Shown in pieces: positions 19,801 through 32,367 of a DNA stretch of 64,000 bases; position 1 is the stretch's first letter; every line of letters begins with the position of its first letter. The DNA is from a virus. Lineage: Duplodnaviria > Caudoviricetes. A program made the translations under genes and the position numbers. The stretch covers positions 127,388 through 191,387 of IMG/VR virus record IMGVR_UViG_3300037067_012088; one strand, given 5' to 3'. Below the pieces are notes generated by a model. The model saw only the letters and a program-made list of their open reading frames with translations. It had not been told where the DNA came from and searched no databases.

Positions 19801-21455
19801 ATGGCAGCTTCTTGAATCTCTTGGTTTCGTTCATAGCCTGACTCTGCACCACTTGGTCCATCTTGTCAACTGCTAAATCACGCTTAAGGTAACTCCATCC
19901 CTTCTTCCCAAAAGCCTTGTCTCCCGGATAGCTCTCGGCCGGCGCCACCTTGACGCCCGCGATTTCGTAACCCTCATGAGAGGAGATGATGATGGTCTCG
20001 TAACCGCGAACCTTGTTGGGCTCGCCAGCAGGGGAATAGGAGTAGACGGCTACCATCCCCTCGCGCGCGATTTGGCGATAGGTGACATTCTTGCGGGTGA
20101 GGATGAGAGGGAGGGTCTTCATATAACAGGATCGAAGGCCGTCATGGGGCGTGTGAACTCGCCGCGTTCGTGACCCTCATAGTCGAACTCGTCCCAATGC
20201 TCGCTTGCGTAGGCGTTGCACTCAGGATGCATCTTCATCGTCCATAGACCGTCGTTGTCCGCGCCCGTTCTCTTGTCGTAGGTGTCGCCTATCTCGATGC
20301 GTTCGTTGCAGAACCAGCAGCGATGTGGTTTGGCAGCCTTGAGGGTCGTATCGTGGAAAACGGTGTTCATGTCATCTGCTTAAGTCCCATCTCGGCGAAC
20401 CATGCCTTGGTCTCCTCGTCGCACGCCGCAAAAAGGGCCGGCGTCACGACCTCCGCGACCCACATCTCATATTCCGCCGGATGCTTCGCCGCCAAATCAA
20501 GGGGTGTCGCCGCCATACGGACGGGGCGCTTGGACAGGTCAACGGACAGGGTGAGGGTCTGACCGTCAGGGAACGTGTGCCGAAAGTGATGTAGTTGACT
20601 CATGGTTTGCCCTTGAACATCTGGCTGAATATGTCGGCGTTCTTGCTCAGCCCGCCAAGCGGGTCACCACTACCGTATCCATCTTGTTCTGCCCGCATCT
20701 TCTCCCACGCTTTCCCGTTCTCGAAACCTGCTTCGTGGGCTCGTTCCCACGTGGTGTCGAATAGCTTCTTCAAGCCGCGCGAGGTGAGGGTGATATGAGT
20801 ATCGTCGTTCAGACCCATCTTGGGGTTCTTGGCGACGTAGATGGCCCAGAGGTCAGCGCTATTCAACGCAGCCTCCCATGTTCCACCGCTTCCGAGTTCT
20901 CAAGTGACTCAAGCCGCGCTTCAATCCCCATGAACCGATACTCCACCAGCCACTCGAACACGTGGGGGCGCATCTGGTCACAGAGAGACTCGACATACTC
21001 GATATCCCCCTCGGTCGAAAGCATGGTGCGCGGCTCAAACGGCACGAAAACGCCCCAATACTGGAGCAGATCACTCAGGTGGGCGCGATAGTCCCAGCCG
21101 CGCTTGTCGGTGGGGAAAGCAGTGAGCACCTTGCGCGCGAATTCGAGCTTCTGCTTGTCGGTGTAGGATGGAGTGGTCATCAGTCAGCAAACTGCTGGGT
21201 TACCTCATCGGACTCAAGCTCCTCCGTCTCGATCTCGTCAACATGGATGGCGTGCATCCCGGTGTTGACTACTCCCATCTCGTCTAAGACGTTGCCCGCC
21301 GCCTCATCGAGGGCGGTTTGCAGGCGATTACGGAGCAGATGGAGGGTCTTGGGAGACAGGGGTTCGGGAGAGTCTATCTCGAAGGTGATTGTGGAGGTGA
21401 CGGATTGCATGAGGTGATTAAGGAGTAGTATGAGGGACTTGGGGTGTGGTGTCAA
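16846..21455 (-). other. run of about 17 small, mostly coupled hypothetical genes (e.g. 17052-17333, 17333-17539, 17536-17880, 18172-18381, 18387-18818, 19575-19802, 19799-20122, 20119-20370, 20367-20603, 20600-20866, 20863-21180)
   Basis: ORF track; ATGA/TGATG overlaps; typical phage accessory cluster. Confidence 0.6.
21427..21455 (-). promoter_or_regulatory. class I promoter TTGACA-N8-CAAG-N5-CATACT
   Basis: Recurrent motif. Confidence 0.7.
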
Positions 21456-22570
21456 GTTGATTCTTGGTCCGGCGTCGCCGGACTGGGCGATTCGGTCGGC
21501 TGCGCCAACATATACTCCATCAGCTTGCGCACCGTCTTGTCGTCGAGAGGGCGACTGTCAAAAAGGTGAAACGCGGCGCCCTTCCACACGTCAGCATAGG
21601 TCGCCTGAATCGTCATGGCGGCGTCACGGCGCGGGATAGAACGAAGGGGTGCTACAACGCATTCCATCAGGTTGTAACGGGAGGTGACACGGGTGTGGGT
21701 CTCGCATACACGATCTACCAATGGGCGCGCCTCGCTCATGCATTCGAAGTCAAGTTCACTCTCGATGCGGGCAAGGAATGAGAGCACGTCAGGACGGCCA
21801 TACTCGAAGAACATGTCGAGCATGTTGGGAAGGGTAATACGCTCCTTGAAGCGGTGCCGACGTAAGTAGCTGTCGGCCTTGAGCTTATGTAGTCCGAGTG
21901 GATGATACATGACGCAGCCCTCCATACCCTCCCATGCTTTGATATCGTTTAGAGCGTGGGATATTGAAGCGAACGTGAAGCGGCGAGGACGACGCATGTT
22001 GAGCGAGATAGCGAGATGGTCCAAGGTGGATTGCGGTAGTAGCACGTAGTCATCCTTGACCACGCCGCCAATGAGCACCATGTCAGGCTCGGGGCCATAA
22101 TCAAGGACGATGCGTTGATTTGGCGTCGTGACCTCTGTGAGCAAAGTGATGTGAGGGTGTTCCTTCAACCATTCACCAACACGGGGATAACGAGCGATGC
22201 AGAGACGGAAGTCGTCGGCATTCTCTAGGGTCTCGTAAGAGAAAGTCCCTCGGGTGCGCGCAGACAGTTGACCGTTGACCCAGTCAAACACGCCGCAAGA
22301 ACCGTCCAGCTTTTCGACGAATATGGCGTCGGCGACCGAGTCGGGCATGGGGAAGTGCTCGGGGTTCTCGCCAACGTTCGTGAATTTCATGAACGAGCCA
22401 CTCAGCAACTTGCCTTCAAGCGACCAAATACTCGACCTCAGGTGCTTATTGGCTTGAGTCCATTGGGTGCCCTGAAGCGCGGGAGTAACGAGCGCGGCGG
22501 GAATGCCACAGAATACGCCCTCTTTGACGGAGAACTGTTCCCGGTCTACGGATGATAGGTCAATTCGCAT
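21452..22570 (-). CDS. RNA ligase, T4 Rnl1-like
   Basis: KFTN; motif I EKLDGS; EVTTPNQRIVLDY; EGCV; KLK...Y. Confidence 0.85.
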   Translation of the reverse strand: MRIDLSSVDREQFSVKEGVFCGIPAALVTPALQGTQWTQANKHLRSSIWSLEGKLLSGSFMKFTNVGENPEHFPMPDSVADAIFVEKLDGSCGVFDWVNGQLSARTRGTFSYETLENADDFRLCIARYPRVGEWLKEHPHITLLTEVTTPNQRIVLDYGPEPDMVLIGGVVKDDYVLLPQSTLDHLAISLNMRRPRRFTFASISHALNDIKAWEGMEGCVMYHPLGLHKLKADSYLRRHRFKERITLPNMLDMFFEYGRPDVLSFLARIESELDFECMSEARPLVDRVCETHTRVTSRYNLMECVVAPLRSIPRRDAAMTIQATYADVWKGAAFHLFDSRPLDDKTVRKLMEYMLAQPTESPSPATPDQEST

Positions 22571-23114
22571 CTAGCCTCCTATGCCATTCGCGCACGTCAT
22601 CTTGGATACGCTGGGGTAAGCTGCTAAAATGACCTAGTGTCCCGCCCATCTTCGCGGCCCACTCACGGTAATACCCCTCTACCTTGCCACCGGGCTGAAA
22701 GTGGCGGTCATAGGCGTAGGCTCCTAGCTTGTCGATAACGTCTTGGCGGCGCAGGAAGCGGGCATACACCTGAACGCGGAAGCCATAGGACTCCTCGGAC
22801 CACGCCATCCAATCAGGGATGAGGGTGACAGGCTCGACAACGGGTGGCTTATAGTAGCCGATGTCCTCGTGGTCGCCCCACTCCATCATGCGGAAACCGG
22901 CCCAGTTGCCTATCTCGCAGATGAAGCCGTAGGTCTGGCCGTCAATATCGACGGTCCCGGTGAGCACATGATTCACCGCGTCCTCTTGGTGAACGTCGAG
23001 AAGGGTGACATCGCCGCGGGTGCCCCGTTGCGCGCGGAGAGAACAAAAGGCGTCGCTGATACGCTCGCTAATCTCGTCGGCCTTGGGGTGGAAGGTGTCG
23101 GTGTCAACTCTCAT
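22560..23114 (-). CDS. hypothetical protein
   Basis: 184-aa ORF. Confidence 0.6.
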   Translation of the reverse strand: MRVDTDTFHPKADEISERISDAFCSLRAQRGTRGDVTLLDVHQEDAVNHVLTGTVDIDGQTYGFICEIGNWAGFRMMEWGDHEDIGYYKPPVVEPVTLIPDWMAWSEESYGFRVQVYARFLRRQDVIDKLGAYAYDRHFQPGGKVEGYYREWAAKMGGTLGHFSSLPQRIQDDVREWHRRLDAN

Positions 23115-23346
23115 GACAACACCTCCACCAGTTCGCGAGCATGAACGATAAGCTTGTCTCCCCTACGATGCAGGCGCGCCGCAGGAGGACGCCATGTCTT
23201 ACCCAGTTGGTCCATGAAGTCTTCGGTCAGGACGATCTTGAAGTCGCCACCTTCGACGGGGTTCTCAATCACGGCACCCAAAGCCTGTCCTTCGATGCCG
23301 CCCGCAAAGCGAACGCACACCTTGTCTCCTATCTTGGGATTAGGCT

Positions 23347-23802
23347 TCACAGCTTAACCTCCCTCACCTCATCGATACCCTCATCCAGACTGGGCTCCTG
23401 CCAGCGCGTGAATTGATTATCGATCACTGATTCCGGGACGACTCGACTGCGCCCCGCATTGCGCGCCTTGCACACCTCAATCGGCACCCGCAACACATGC
23501 GCTTCAACCCGGTAACCGCACTCCTTGGCGCGCTCGATGATGCCCTTGCGGTTCTTGCGGCAGTAGTTCGTGGCGTCTAGGACCACATGCTTGCGCTGAA
23601 TCCACGCGCCGTGAATGCGGATGGGGATGATGCGACTGAAGATGAGTCCATTCCATGACTGATCGTTCTCGTCGCCGCTTAACTCACCGCGAATCGAATC
23701 CGGGCAGATGATAAGGGTATCCGGGTTAAGGAGGGTGGCGGCATAGGTCGATTTGCCGGAGCCAGAACAGCCGACCAAGAGGGTCAGGGTAAGCGGGTTC
23801 AT
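23347..23802 (-). CDS. polynucleotide kinase-like P-loop protein (AAA_33)
   Basis: GCSGSGKST, PDSIR, VVLDATN and RN..R...VP motifs. Confidence 0.85.
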   Translation of the reverse strand: MNPLTLTLLVGCSGSGKSTYAATLLNPDTLIICPDSIRGELSGDENDQSWNGLIFSRIIPIRIHGAWIQRKHVVLDATNYCRKNRKGIIERAKECGYRVEAHVLRVPIEVCKARNAGRSRVVPESVIDNQFTRWQEPSLDEGIDEVREVKL

Positions 23803-24614
23803 TTCGCGCGCTCCTTCTCTGCCGTCTCGAATCTCTTCGCCGTCTTCAGTATGTCGATATGCACTGCCATGTCCTCCAGCTTCGTGCTCTCGAACTCGAT
23901 GGCCCCCTCAATGACTAGGAGTCTGGTCTGGTAACCGTTGGGTTTCTCGACATACCAAACAGAGGCATGAGGGAGCGTGACATCATGGATATCAGGTTTG
24001 ATGGCGTAATCGGTGAGGCTGACATCCGGCCACCACTTCGTTTGCTCAGCATTCACGAACGCAGGCTTGGTGGTCCAAACGGGAGTATCGAAAAGGGGAT
24101 TCATCAGGGTAGCTTGGATGACTTGACCTCTGGCGTCAACTGAAATCGGTAGGTCCGCTCGAATTCGCGCTCCTCGCGTCGTAGCGCATCGCGAAACGAC
24201 ATCTCTCCCGTCAACCTCTCTCCCTGCGCCCGCTCAATATACTCGTGCATCTTGACGCTAGCGAACTGAGAGCACAGAGACCTCTCTTCGCGCGTCACGG
24301 GAATGGCGATATTGCCCTTGCGATGGGAGCATACCATCTGGTCATAGTCCTCGGTGACCTTGAGATACTCGCGAGCCAACTCGCGCAGACGGGTATGGGA
24401 GGGCTCCCAGAACTGGCACTCGTATTCACGCTTCGATACCTCGAAGGCTTCCATGTCTTCGTGTCTTATCATGTCGATTCCCTCAGCCACTCTTCGTAGG
24501 CGCGCTGGTCCATCTCGCGGGTTTCCTCGTCGAACTGCCGCATGGCATCAAGATAGTAACTCTGCTCCTGCTGCCAGTAGAGATAGGCGGCCTCGTAGTC
24601 GCGGTCTTCTTGAG

Positions 24615-25058
24615 TCATGGTCTCCATACCCTCCACGCCGCATAAAATCGGTCCATCGTCTCCCGGTCACGCTCAGGATTCGTCAGTTTGTCCCACTGCT
24701 CCTCAATCAGATTGAGCACCCGAACCCGGGTCTCGGAAACACCACGATAGGCAAGCACCTTGCGCAGGTCGCCCCTATCATGCCTCAGCAGAACATAGTC
24801 GCCCAGATTAGCCTCGCACCACTTGGTCGCGGCACCGATCAACGACGGCCAGTCCTCAAATCGGTTAGTGCGTTGAGCTAGAGGCAGACAGTAGAATCGG
24901 TCACTATGGTCGGGGTAGAGGATCTTGGCCTCGGCGCGCGAGATGGGACGCTCCAGTTCGACTCGCTCCCGCTTGTCGAAGGTGAGGTGCGCGGTGAGGT
25001 GTCGTCCACCGTGACCGGACCAATCGAGATAGTCTAGACCGACGTAGGTCAGCTTCAT
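24615..25058 (-). CDS. hypothetical protein
   Basis: 147-aa ORF. Confidence 0.55.
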   Translation of the reverse strand: MKLTYVGLDYLDWSGHGGRHLTAHLTFDKRERVELERPISRAEAKILYPDHSDRFYCLPLAQRTNRFEDWPSLIGAATKWCEANLGDYVLLRHDRGDLRKVLAYRGVSETRVRVLNLIEEQWDKLTNPERDRETMDRFYAAWRVWRP

Positions 25059-25245
25059 GGTAGCTTACTGGCCAACCAATGGACCCACTTCTGTCTGTTG
25101 AGCCAACGGACTACCGGTGGTGCGGCCATCCACATCAGGTTCCAACAGGCCGTCGCGAGGAGGAAGAAGGCTATCCATGAGATGAGGTCGGAGAGGGTCA
25201 TAAATACGAGAAGTCAACACTAATGTTGAGAACGTGCCTTAATGA

Positions 25246-25971
25246 CTACTGACCGACCACGGACCCGTTGTGGTGGTCCTTGATACGCTTGCCCTTGGCA
25301 TTGAGGATACGCTTCACTTCGTCGAAGGTAAAGAAAGGCGTGCCGTTCAGCTTGATAGCGTTGTCGAGGCCAACATCTAGGATGGCTCCTTGACTCTTGT
25401 CGTCGGGATTGAGCGGTTCACATGACGAGTGAGAGTGGCCGCAGGTGCATCCACCTCCGTGTCCAATCTCGGGCCAGATGTAGGGCGCGTAATGCTGCAT
25501 GTAGATGGAGAAGCCGTCTATCCACGCGTGAAGGGACTCGCCGACGAAGGTGAGATTGTTGACGGTGATAGGGTAGACTGAGATGCTCTCGATATTGGTG
25601 CCGTGGACATCCCCGCCCGCCGTCATTTCGAACAGCTTGGTGCGGACGCCCTCACGGTATATCTGGGTCGCGCCACTGCGATGGTTGCCCCAAACGTGAA
25701 GCTGCTTGCCCGGCCACGTCGTGGTCTGACGGAAACGCTCGCCCTTGGGGTCACTGAATACCCGGTCGCCGAGATCGAAAATCACGGTATCCTCGTCAAC
25801 CGTCTTGAACCACTGGTCCTTGATCCATGAATCGTGATCGTCGATGGAGGTGAATCCACGCGACTTCCACAGCGGAGGAGTGTCCTTCCACGAAGGCTGA
25901 TGCTGCTGGTGCTGGTCCGAAATCCAGAGCAGCTTGGTCTTGGCGGAGGAGAACTTGAGAGGCTTGTTCAT
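25246..25971 (-). CDS. calcineurin-like metallophosphoesterase
   Basis: ISDQH, DLGD, WGNH, QHY, CGHSH and LDVGLD motifs. Confidence 0.8.
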   Translation of the reverse strand: MNKPLKFSSAKTKLLWISDQHQQHQPSWKDTPPLWKSRGFTSIDDHDSWIKDQWFKTVDEDTVIFDLGDRVFSDPKGERFRQTTTWPGKQLHVWGNHRSGATQIYREGVRTKLFEMTAGGDVHGTNIESISVYPITVNNLTFVGESLHAWIDGFSIYMQHYAPYIWPEIGHGGGCTCGHSHSSCEPLNPDDKSQGAILDVGLDNAIKLNGTPFFTFDEVKRILNAKGKRIKDHHNGSVVGQ

Positions 25972-26262
25972 TGGGCGATAGGATGAGTCTCTTCGTCGAT
26001 GATCTCCAGCTTGTCAATGGCCGCATGTAGCGCTCGTTTCATATCGAGCATATCGGCGAATGGGAACGGCTTGGGCATCTGGGTAAGGCGAATCGGCGTT
26101 GGGACACCATTGGCGTGAGCGAACGCATGGGGAGAGAAGACGCCGTCTTTGATGCTCCCGATGGCCTGCCCGTTCACATAGGCATTGACCAGCTTCTCCT
26201 TGGGATGAGCACAGAGAAGGAAGCTGAAATAGGGGGATTGGGTGCCAATATCGTTCATACCC

Positions 26263-26733
26263 TCAATCCTTACCCACTTGCCCCGTCTTGTCAACGGGAA
26301 TCTCAAATCGTGGTGCTTTGACTACCGGTATCGCGACAGGAAGGTCCTTGCGCACCCAGCCCACCACGAGGCCCGCATAGCTATCCGCCGTCACAAAGCC
26401 CGGGTCCACGTGCTCGTTATTGTCCCCCTTGGTAACCGCCACACTCCCACCCGACGAGATGGAGTAGATTCGATGACAGATTAAGGCTATCTCGTTGTCC
26501 ACGATGCCCCAGAATAGGATGACCTCACCCACTTTACGCTCCTTGAGCGGGCGCACGGCGGCAGGTTGCCAGATGAGCAGGTAGTTCTCGTCGAATGACG
26601 GCTTCATTGACCCTGTGGCGCGAATTCCTTGGATCACGCTGTCTTCTACGAGGGCTGATACGTAATCGCGGTGGGTGGGCTCGGCTGCCCAAGAAAGGGG
26701 TGCGAGGGAGAGGAGGAGCAGTAAACGTCTCAT
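26263..26733 (-). CDS. signal peptidase I-like serine peptidase (S26)
   Basis: GSMKP, ICHRI and TKGDNN..D motifs; N-terminal signal/anchor. Confidence 0.8.
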   Translation of the reverse strand: MRRLLLLLSLAPLSWAAEPTHRDYVSALVEDSVIQGIRATGSMKPSFDENYLLIWQPAAVRPLKERKVGEVILFWGIVDNEIALICHRIYSISSGGSVAVTKGDNNEHVDPGFVTADSYAGLVVGWVRKDLPVAIPVVKAPRFEIPVDKTGQVGKD

Positions 26734-26866
26734 TCGATTCCCTCCCGTCCGATACCTCTCAACGCGCGTCTGGTGCCCTTGTTGGCCATCTTCTTGCCGG
26801 CGCGACGAAGGTGCTTGTGCCAGCCTGTTAGGGAGCGCGACTTCTTGGTGGTGGGAAGCTGCTTCT

Positions 26867-27256
26867 TCATGCGGCCCCCATGTCCATGACCTTCCCCAAA
26901 TCGAGAGGCTGATAAGAAACGACGTTGACCCACGAACAGGCGCGCTTGATGAGGTGCCCTAGCTGAGCATTCCGGCGGCACTTGTCCTTTCCCCTCATGG
27001 CGTCAAGCATGTGACCGTGTTGGACTCCGCGCCGGTTGTTGCACTTGCGACACGCCAGAACGGTGCGCTGGCCGCTAAAAGAGGTATCGCGCTTACCATC
27101 AATCAGGCGCTCAAAGAGGTGATCCAGAGTGGCGTCGTTATCACGCTTGGGAGAGTATCCAACGGGAGGAATCAAGGTCTCGACCCCGCACCAGTGGCAA
27201 TGCGGGTCTTGGCACCAGAGCCTAAGGCGACGGCGAGCGATATACCTCATCCCCAA
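26867..27256 (-). CDS. HNH endonuclease
   Basis: CHWCG, ATLDHL and ACRKCNNRRG motifs. Confidence 0.85.
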   Translation of the reverse strand: MGMRYIARRRLRLWCQDPHCHWCGVETLIPPVGYSPKRDNDATLDHLFERLIDGKRDTSFSGQRTVLACRKCNNRRGVQHGHMLDAMRGKDKCRRNAQLGHLIKRACSWVNVVSYQPLDLGKVMDMGAA

Positions 27257-27738
27257 TCTCCTTCAATACCTCTTCCGTGAGGTCAACTGCCCGGTGCTCA
27301 GGTTGTCCCGCCGCGCTACCATCGCGCACCCGAGTAACCCGCGCCACATGGTAATCCGAATGCATGACCAGTCCGCCGCGCAAACCCATCGCGTCCTTGC
27401 CATAGGTCACGAGTTCGTGCTTCACGGTCCATGCGCCGAGTAGCTCGTCGGCGTGGTTGAAACAGAGGTAGATGTAAGAGCTGCGGGCCATCAGGAAACA
27501 GACTCAAGGTCAGCACGCGAACATCGTGTCATGGAACCGCTCTTGCGACTGGGGCATATATCAGCGCAGCTACACTGACATAGTCCATCCTTACCTAGTT
27601 GAGTGATATGATTATGAGCGATATCGCGCATGAAGGTGGGGTCGTCCTTGGCGATATCATAGGACCCCTCGGAGGCAAAGAGGCTTTCCCAGTAGGCATC
27701 AACGCGCCTCTGGAGAGCAGGAGAGAAGGTGATATAGC

Positions 27739-27972
27739 TCATGGGACTAAAGGCAACGGCAGCCAATACTTGGGTTCGCCGCCACCATCCGAGTAGTCGT
27801 CATTCGCGTGGTTGACCCACGGAGAGAGGGGGTGGTAATCGGGGTCATACCTGCACACCTCAACGCGTAAGGGAGTGCCAATGTAGCCACTGTCGCCAGC
27901 AACGAGAACATAGGTCTTGTCGCGGGGAGCCGTTTCGATGGGGAGCCAAGTCGGATTCATGCTGCTACTCAA
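27739..27972 (-). CDS. DUF551-like small phage protein
   Basis: WLPIETAPRD ... PKYWLPLP. Confidence 0.65.
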   Translation of the reverse strand: MSSSMNPTWLPIETAPRDKTYVLVAGDSGYIGTPLRVEVCRYDPDYHPLSPWVNHANDDYSDGGGEPKYWLPLPLVP

Positions 27973-27995
27973 TCAGTCTTGTTTCTCCGTGTCAA
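27967..27995 (-). promoter_or_regulatory. class I promoter with weak -10
   Basis: TTGACA-N8-CAAG-N5-TTGAGT. Confidence 0.5.
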
Positions 27996-28242
27996 GCGGG
28001 AAAACTGATTACGTCAACGTCTCCGGTTCCGCCACCCGATGCATGTGACCCACCTCAGCGAGCAGCGCACGGAACTCAGCTTCCGTCATCCGATTCTCGG
28101 GCAGCGCGCCCATGGGGAACAGGTTAAGCTCGGCACACCACTCGGTAGCCAGTTTGCGCTCCGGGAACGGATAGTTGGCGACGTATGCCGCGTGATTGTA
28201 GCCTGCTCTCGGTTTCATTCCTTTTCCTGCCATATACTCTCC

Positions 28243-28271
28243 ATCTTGCCATCCTTGCCACCTTAGGTCAA
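28243..28271 (-). promoter_or_regulatory. class I promoter TTGACC-N8-CAAG-N5-CAAGAT
   Basis: Recurrent motif; divergent from the dps promoter. Confidence 0.65.
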
Positions 28272-28274
28272 GAG

Positions 28275-28301
28275 TAAACGTCCCCGTTTACGGTGTATTA
28301 T
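28275..28301 (+). promoter_or_regulatory. class II promoter-like motif TAAACG-N5-GTTT-N-CGGTGTAT
   Basis: Near-identical copy at 44863-44886 on the minus strand. Confidence 0.55.
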
Positions 28302-28309
28302 ACTCTGCC

Positions 28310-28783
28310 ATGGCCACCTTCGACCTCTCCTCTCTCAAAGCCTCCGCTAACGCTTCCGTCCTCAACGGCTTACAGAAGGCCGTCGCCCAGTCACTGGCCC
28401 TATCCGCGCTCGCCAAAAACGCTCATGTCAACATCGTTGGTCCCGACTTCTTCCAGCTTCACGAGGTTTTTGGCGCCATCTATGACCGCGCCTCGACTGA
28501 CTTGGATGACCTTGCAGAACGGATGCGTTCCCTCGACTCCTACGTGACCCTCTGCCTCACGGAAGCTGACACCATGTCAGGCCTACCCTGCCTCAAAGCC
28601 CCCTTCACCGCGCAAGAGGCAGTCGCAACCGTGATTAAGGCTCAGGACATCATTGTCACTGACTTAACCGCAACCATGAATGTGGCTGACGCGAGCGGAG
28701 ATAAGGTGACGGCCAATAGCCTGCAAGACAAGATCTACGCTACGCAAAAGAGCAACTGGTTCCTCAAGAGCTATCTCAGGTAA
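28310..28783 (+). CDS. dps: Dps / ferritin-like DNA starvation protection protein
   Basis: H.N..GPDFFQLHE.F and DDLAER motifs; C-terminal K..WFLKSY. Confidence 0.9.
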   Translation: MATFDLSSLKASANASVLNGLQKAVAQSLALSALAKNAHVNIVGPDFFQLHEVFGAIYDRASTDLDDLAERMRSLDSYVTLCLTEADTMSGLPCLKAPFTAQEAVATVIKAQDIIVTDLTATMNVADASGDKVTANSLQDKIYATQKSNWFLKSYLR

Positions 28784-28946
28784 TCACCAACTCGGCACCG
28801 CACCCAGTTCACGCGCCCGCTTCAACCACTCCTTCTTGAGCACCGTATTGTAGGGGCTCTCCTTGGTGTCCCATATCTCCATGATCTCGTAGACGCAATC
28901 GAGGAGCGCGACCGCGTCTTGCTTGTCATCTCCGGAGCGAAAAAGG

Positions 28947-29882
28947 TCAGCGGGTTTGGTCATAAGCCTCCAGTATCACGTTGTCGCACCATGATTGATC
29001 AACCTTGTCGGGGAACGTTGACTTGGCTGCCAGTTCCTCGACCTCGGCGATAAGGTCGTTGAGGCGGACATCGAGCCCATCTGTCACGTAGTTGAGTCGG
29101 CCCTCCTTGACCGCGCGAATGAAGGGTGTCTCGGCAAGCGGGAATGAGAAGGTGCCGGTGTTAAAGAGGGTGCGCAACTGGTAACCCACGCGGAAGGAGT
29201 GAGACACAGCCTTGCGATCCTGCCCATCCATCGCATGTGCCGCTTTGACGCGCTCACCATACGAGTCTCTTACCTTCTCCATGATACCGAGAGCATAGGC
29301 GGGGGCGATGCCCGCAGTGAGTCCCTTCCCCACGACAGTGTAAACGCGCTTATCGGCGTTGCGGTCGAGCAGATTCTCACCCTTGGTGGTATGGGGTAGC
29401 TCGGGGAGACGACTCCATTCTTGACCCAACTTGGCCACACCATCCGCTATCATGCCTTCGAGCACCTTGATGACGGCCTCAACGGTGCCCATACGGTCAG
29501 CGCGCAACCCGTATTTTGCGGCCATACTGCGACTAAAGCCGCACATTCCAGACATGCTCTTGGTATAGAATCGATGACGCTCGCGACGAAGGGTATCGAA
29601 GGTGAGAGAGGTCTGATATACCGCCGAATCGGGACTATGTAGCATACAAAGAGCCACATCCTCGCCACGTGAGGCTAGGGCCATGAACTCTTGGAGCGCG
29701 AATGACTCGAACTCAGTCTTGACGGACCCGGACTCGTCCTTGGTGTTAACGTTGCGAGGAGCGCGCAGGAGAAGGCACTCGTGCAGTGCGGGGAGATGGA
29801 TGGCTTTGTGGTCAACGTCCGAGAGCGGATTGTCGAGCCCATACATGCGGGAACCGTGGAGGGTCTTGGCGAGAATGGTCAC
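28947..29882 (-). CDS. Pol-beta superfamily nucleotidyltransferase (RlaP/PF10127-like)
   Basis: HGSRMYGL....SDVD motif; K..SH..R C-terminal helices. Confidence 0.8.
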   Translation of the reverse strand: MTILAKTLHGSRMYGLDNPLSDVDHKAIHLPALHECLLLRAPRNVNTKDESGSVKTEFESFALQEFMALASRGEDVALCMLHSPDSAVYQTSLTFDTLRRERHRFYTKSMSGMCGFSRSMAAKYGLRADRMGTVEAVIKVLEGMIADGVAKLGQEWSRLPELPHTTKGENLLDRNADKRVYTVVGKGLTAGIAPAYALGIMEKVRDSYGERVKAAHAMDGQDRKAVSHSFRVGYQLRTLFNTGTFSFPLAETPFIRAVKEGRLNYVTDGLDVRLNDLIAEVEELAAKSTFPDKVDQSWCDNVILEAYDQTR

Positions 29883-30029
29883 TCCTCATCCTCCTCTATC
29901 TCCTGCATGAAGTGGGCTTCGATGGCGTCCTCCAGCTTGAGACCACAATCCATACAGTAGGTCTCGGAATAGGGACCATCGGATACCCATGAGTGGTCGT
30001 CGAGAGAAGGGCAGATGCGTTTGGGCATG

Positions 30030-30644
30030 TTAGTCGCAGTAGTCCTGTTGCACCACTTCCCTGCTCGGCCAAAGCATCGCAGTCAGCTTCCCATATCCCG
30101 GATACGCCGCTCCCGTGTCGATCATCGCAAAGGTCTCGGTGACGCGAGGCTCCTTCTCCTTGTTGTGCCCCAGAATACGGTATAGTCCGTCCTTGGGATA
30201 GGAGTAGTCGCGACACCACAGGGCGTCTTGAATCGAGTGTTGGGATTCGGATGTGATTAACCCGTGGCCCGTATGGGATATCAGAAGGTCGGGATACTCA
30301 GGCGGGATGATATGAAGAGGAAGGGCCTTCATCCACATCACGACCTCGCGGGGAACGCGCCCGTGCCACGACTTGATGGTCTTGGTGCCGCCGTTCTGCT
30401 TCCACGTGCCCGGGATATACTCCATACCCGAAGTATAGTGGTCAACAAGAAGGTGCTCATGATTCCCCATAACGCACTGGACGCGATTCTTCATCACCCA
30501 CTCAACAACGCTGCGACTGTCGGGGCCGCGATCCACGAGGTCACCAAGAAGGATTGGCGTATGGTCTGGATAACGGGTGACCAGCGCGAACAGGGTCTTG
30601 GCCGCGCCATGAATGTCGCCTATGACGATAAGGGGTTTACTCAT
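30030..30644 (-). CDS. Ser/Thr protein phosphatase (PPP, lambda-PP/ApaH-like)
   Basis: GDIHG, GDLVDRG, GNHE and IDTGA motifs. Confidence 0.9.
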   Translation of the reverse strand: MSKPLIVIGDIHGAAKTLFALVTRYPDHTPILLGDLVDRGPDSRSVVEWVMKNRVQCVMGNHEHLLVDHYTSGMEYIPGTWKQNGGTKTIKSWHGRVPREVVMWMKALPLHIIPPEYPDLLISHTGHGLITSESQHSIQDALWCRDYSYPKDGLYRILGHNKEKEPRVTETFAMIDTGAAYPGYGKLTAMLWPSREVVQQDYCD

Positions 30645-30648
30645 CCTC

Positions 30649-32297
<1,649 letters not shown>

Positions 32298-32367
32298 TCA
32301 CATTCGGTCTTGTTGGGGCGATGAAAGCCGATAGTGAACATGTAGCCGATAAGCCAGATGAGGAATA

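Noticed and set aside
25190-25217. TTGAC sites near 4267, 25217 and 38537 as class I promoters
   Set aside because: They lack the positioned YAAG and a credible -10 box
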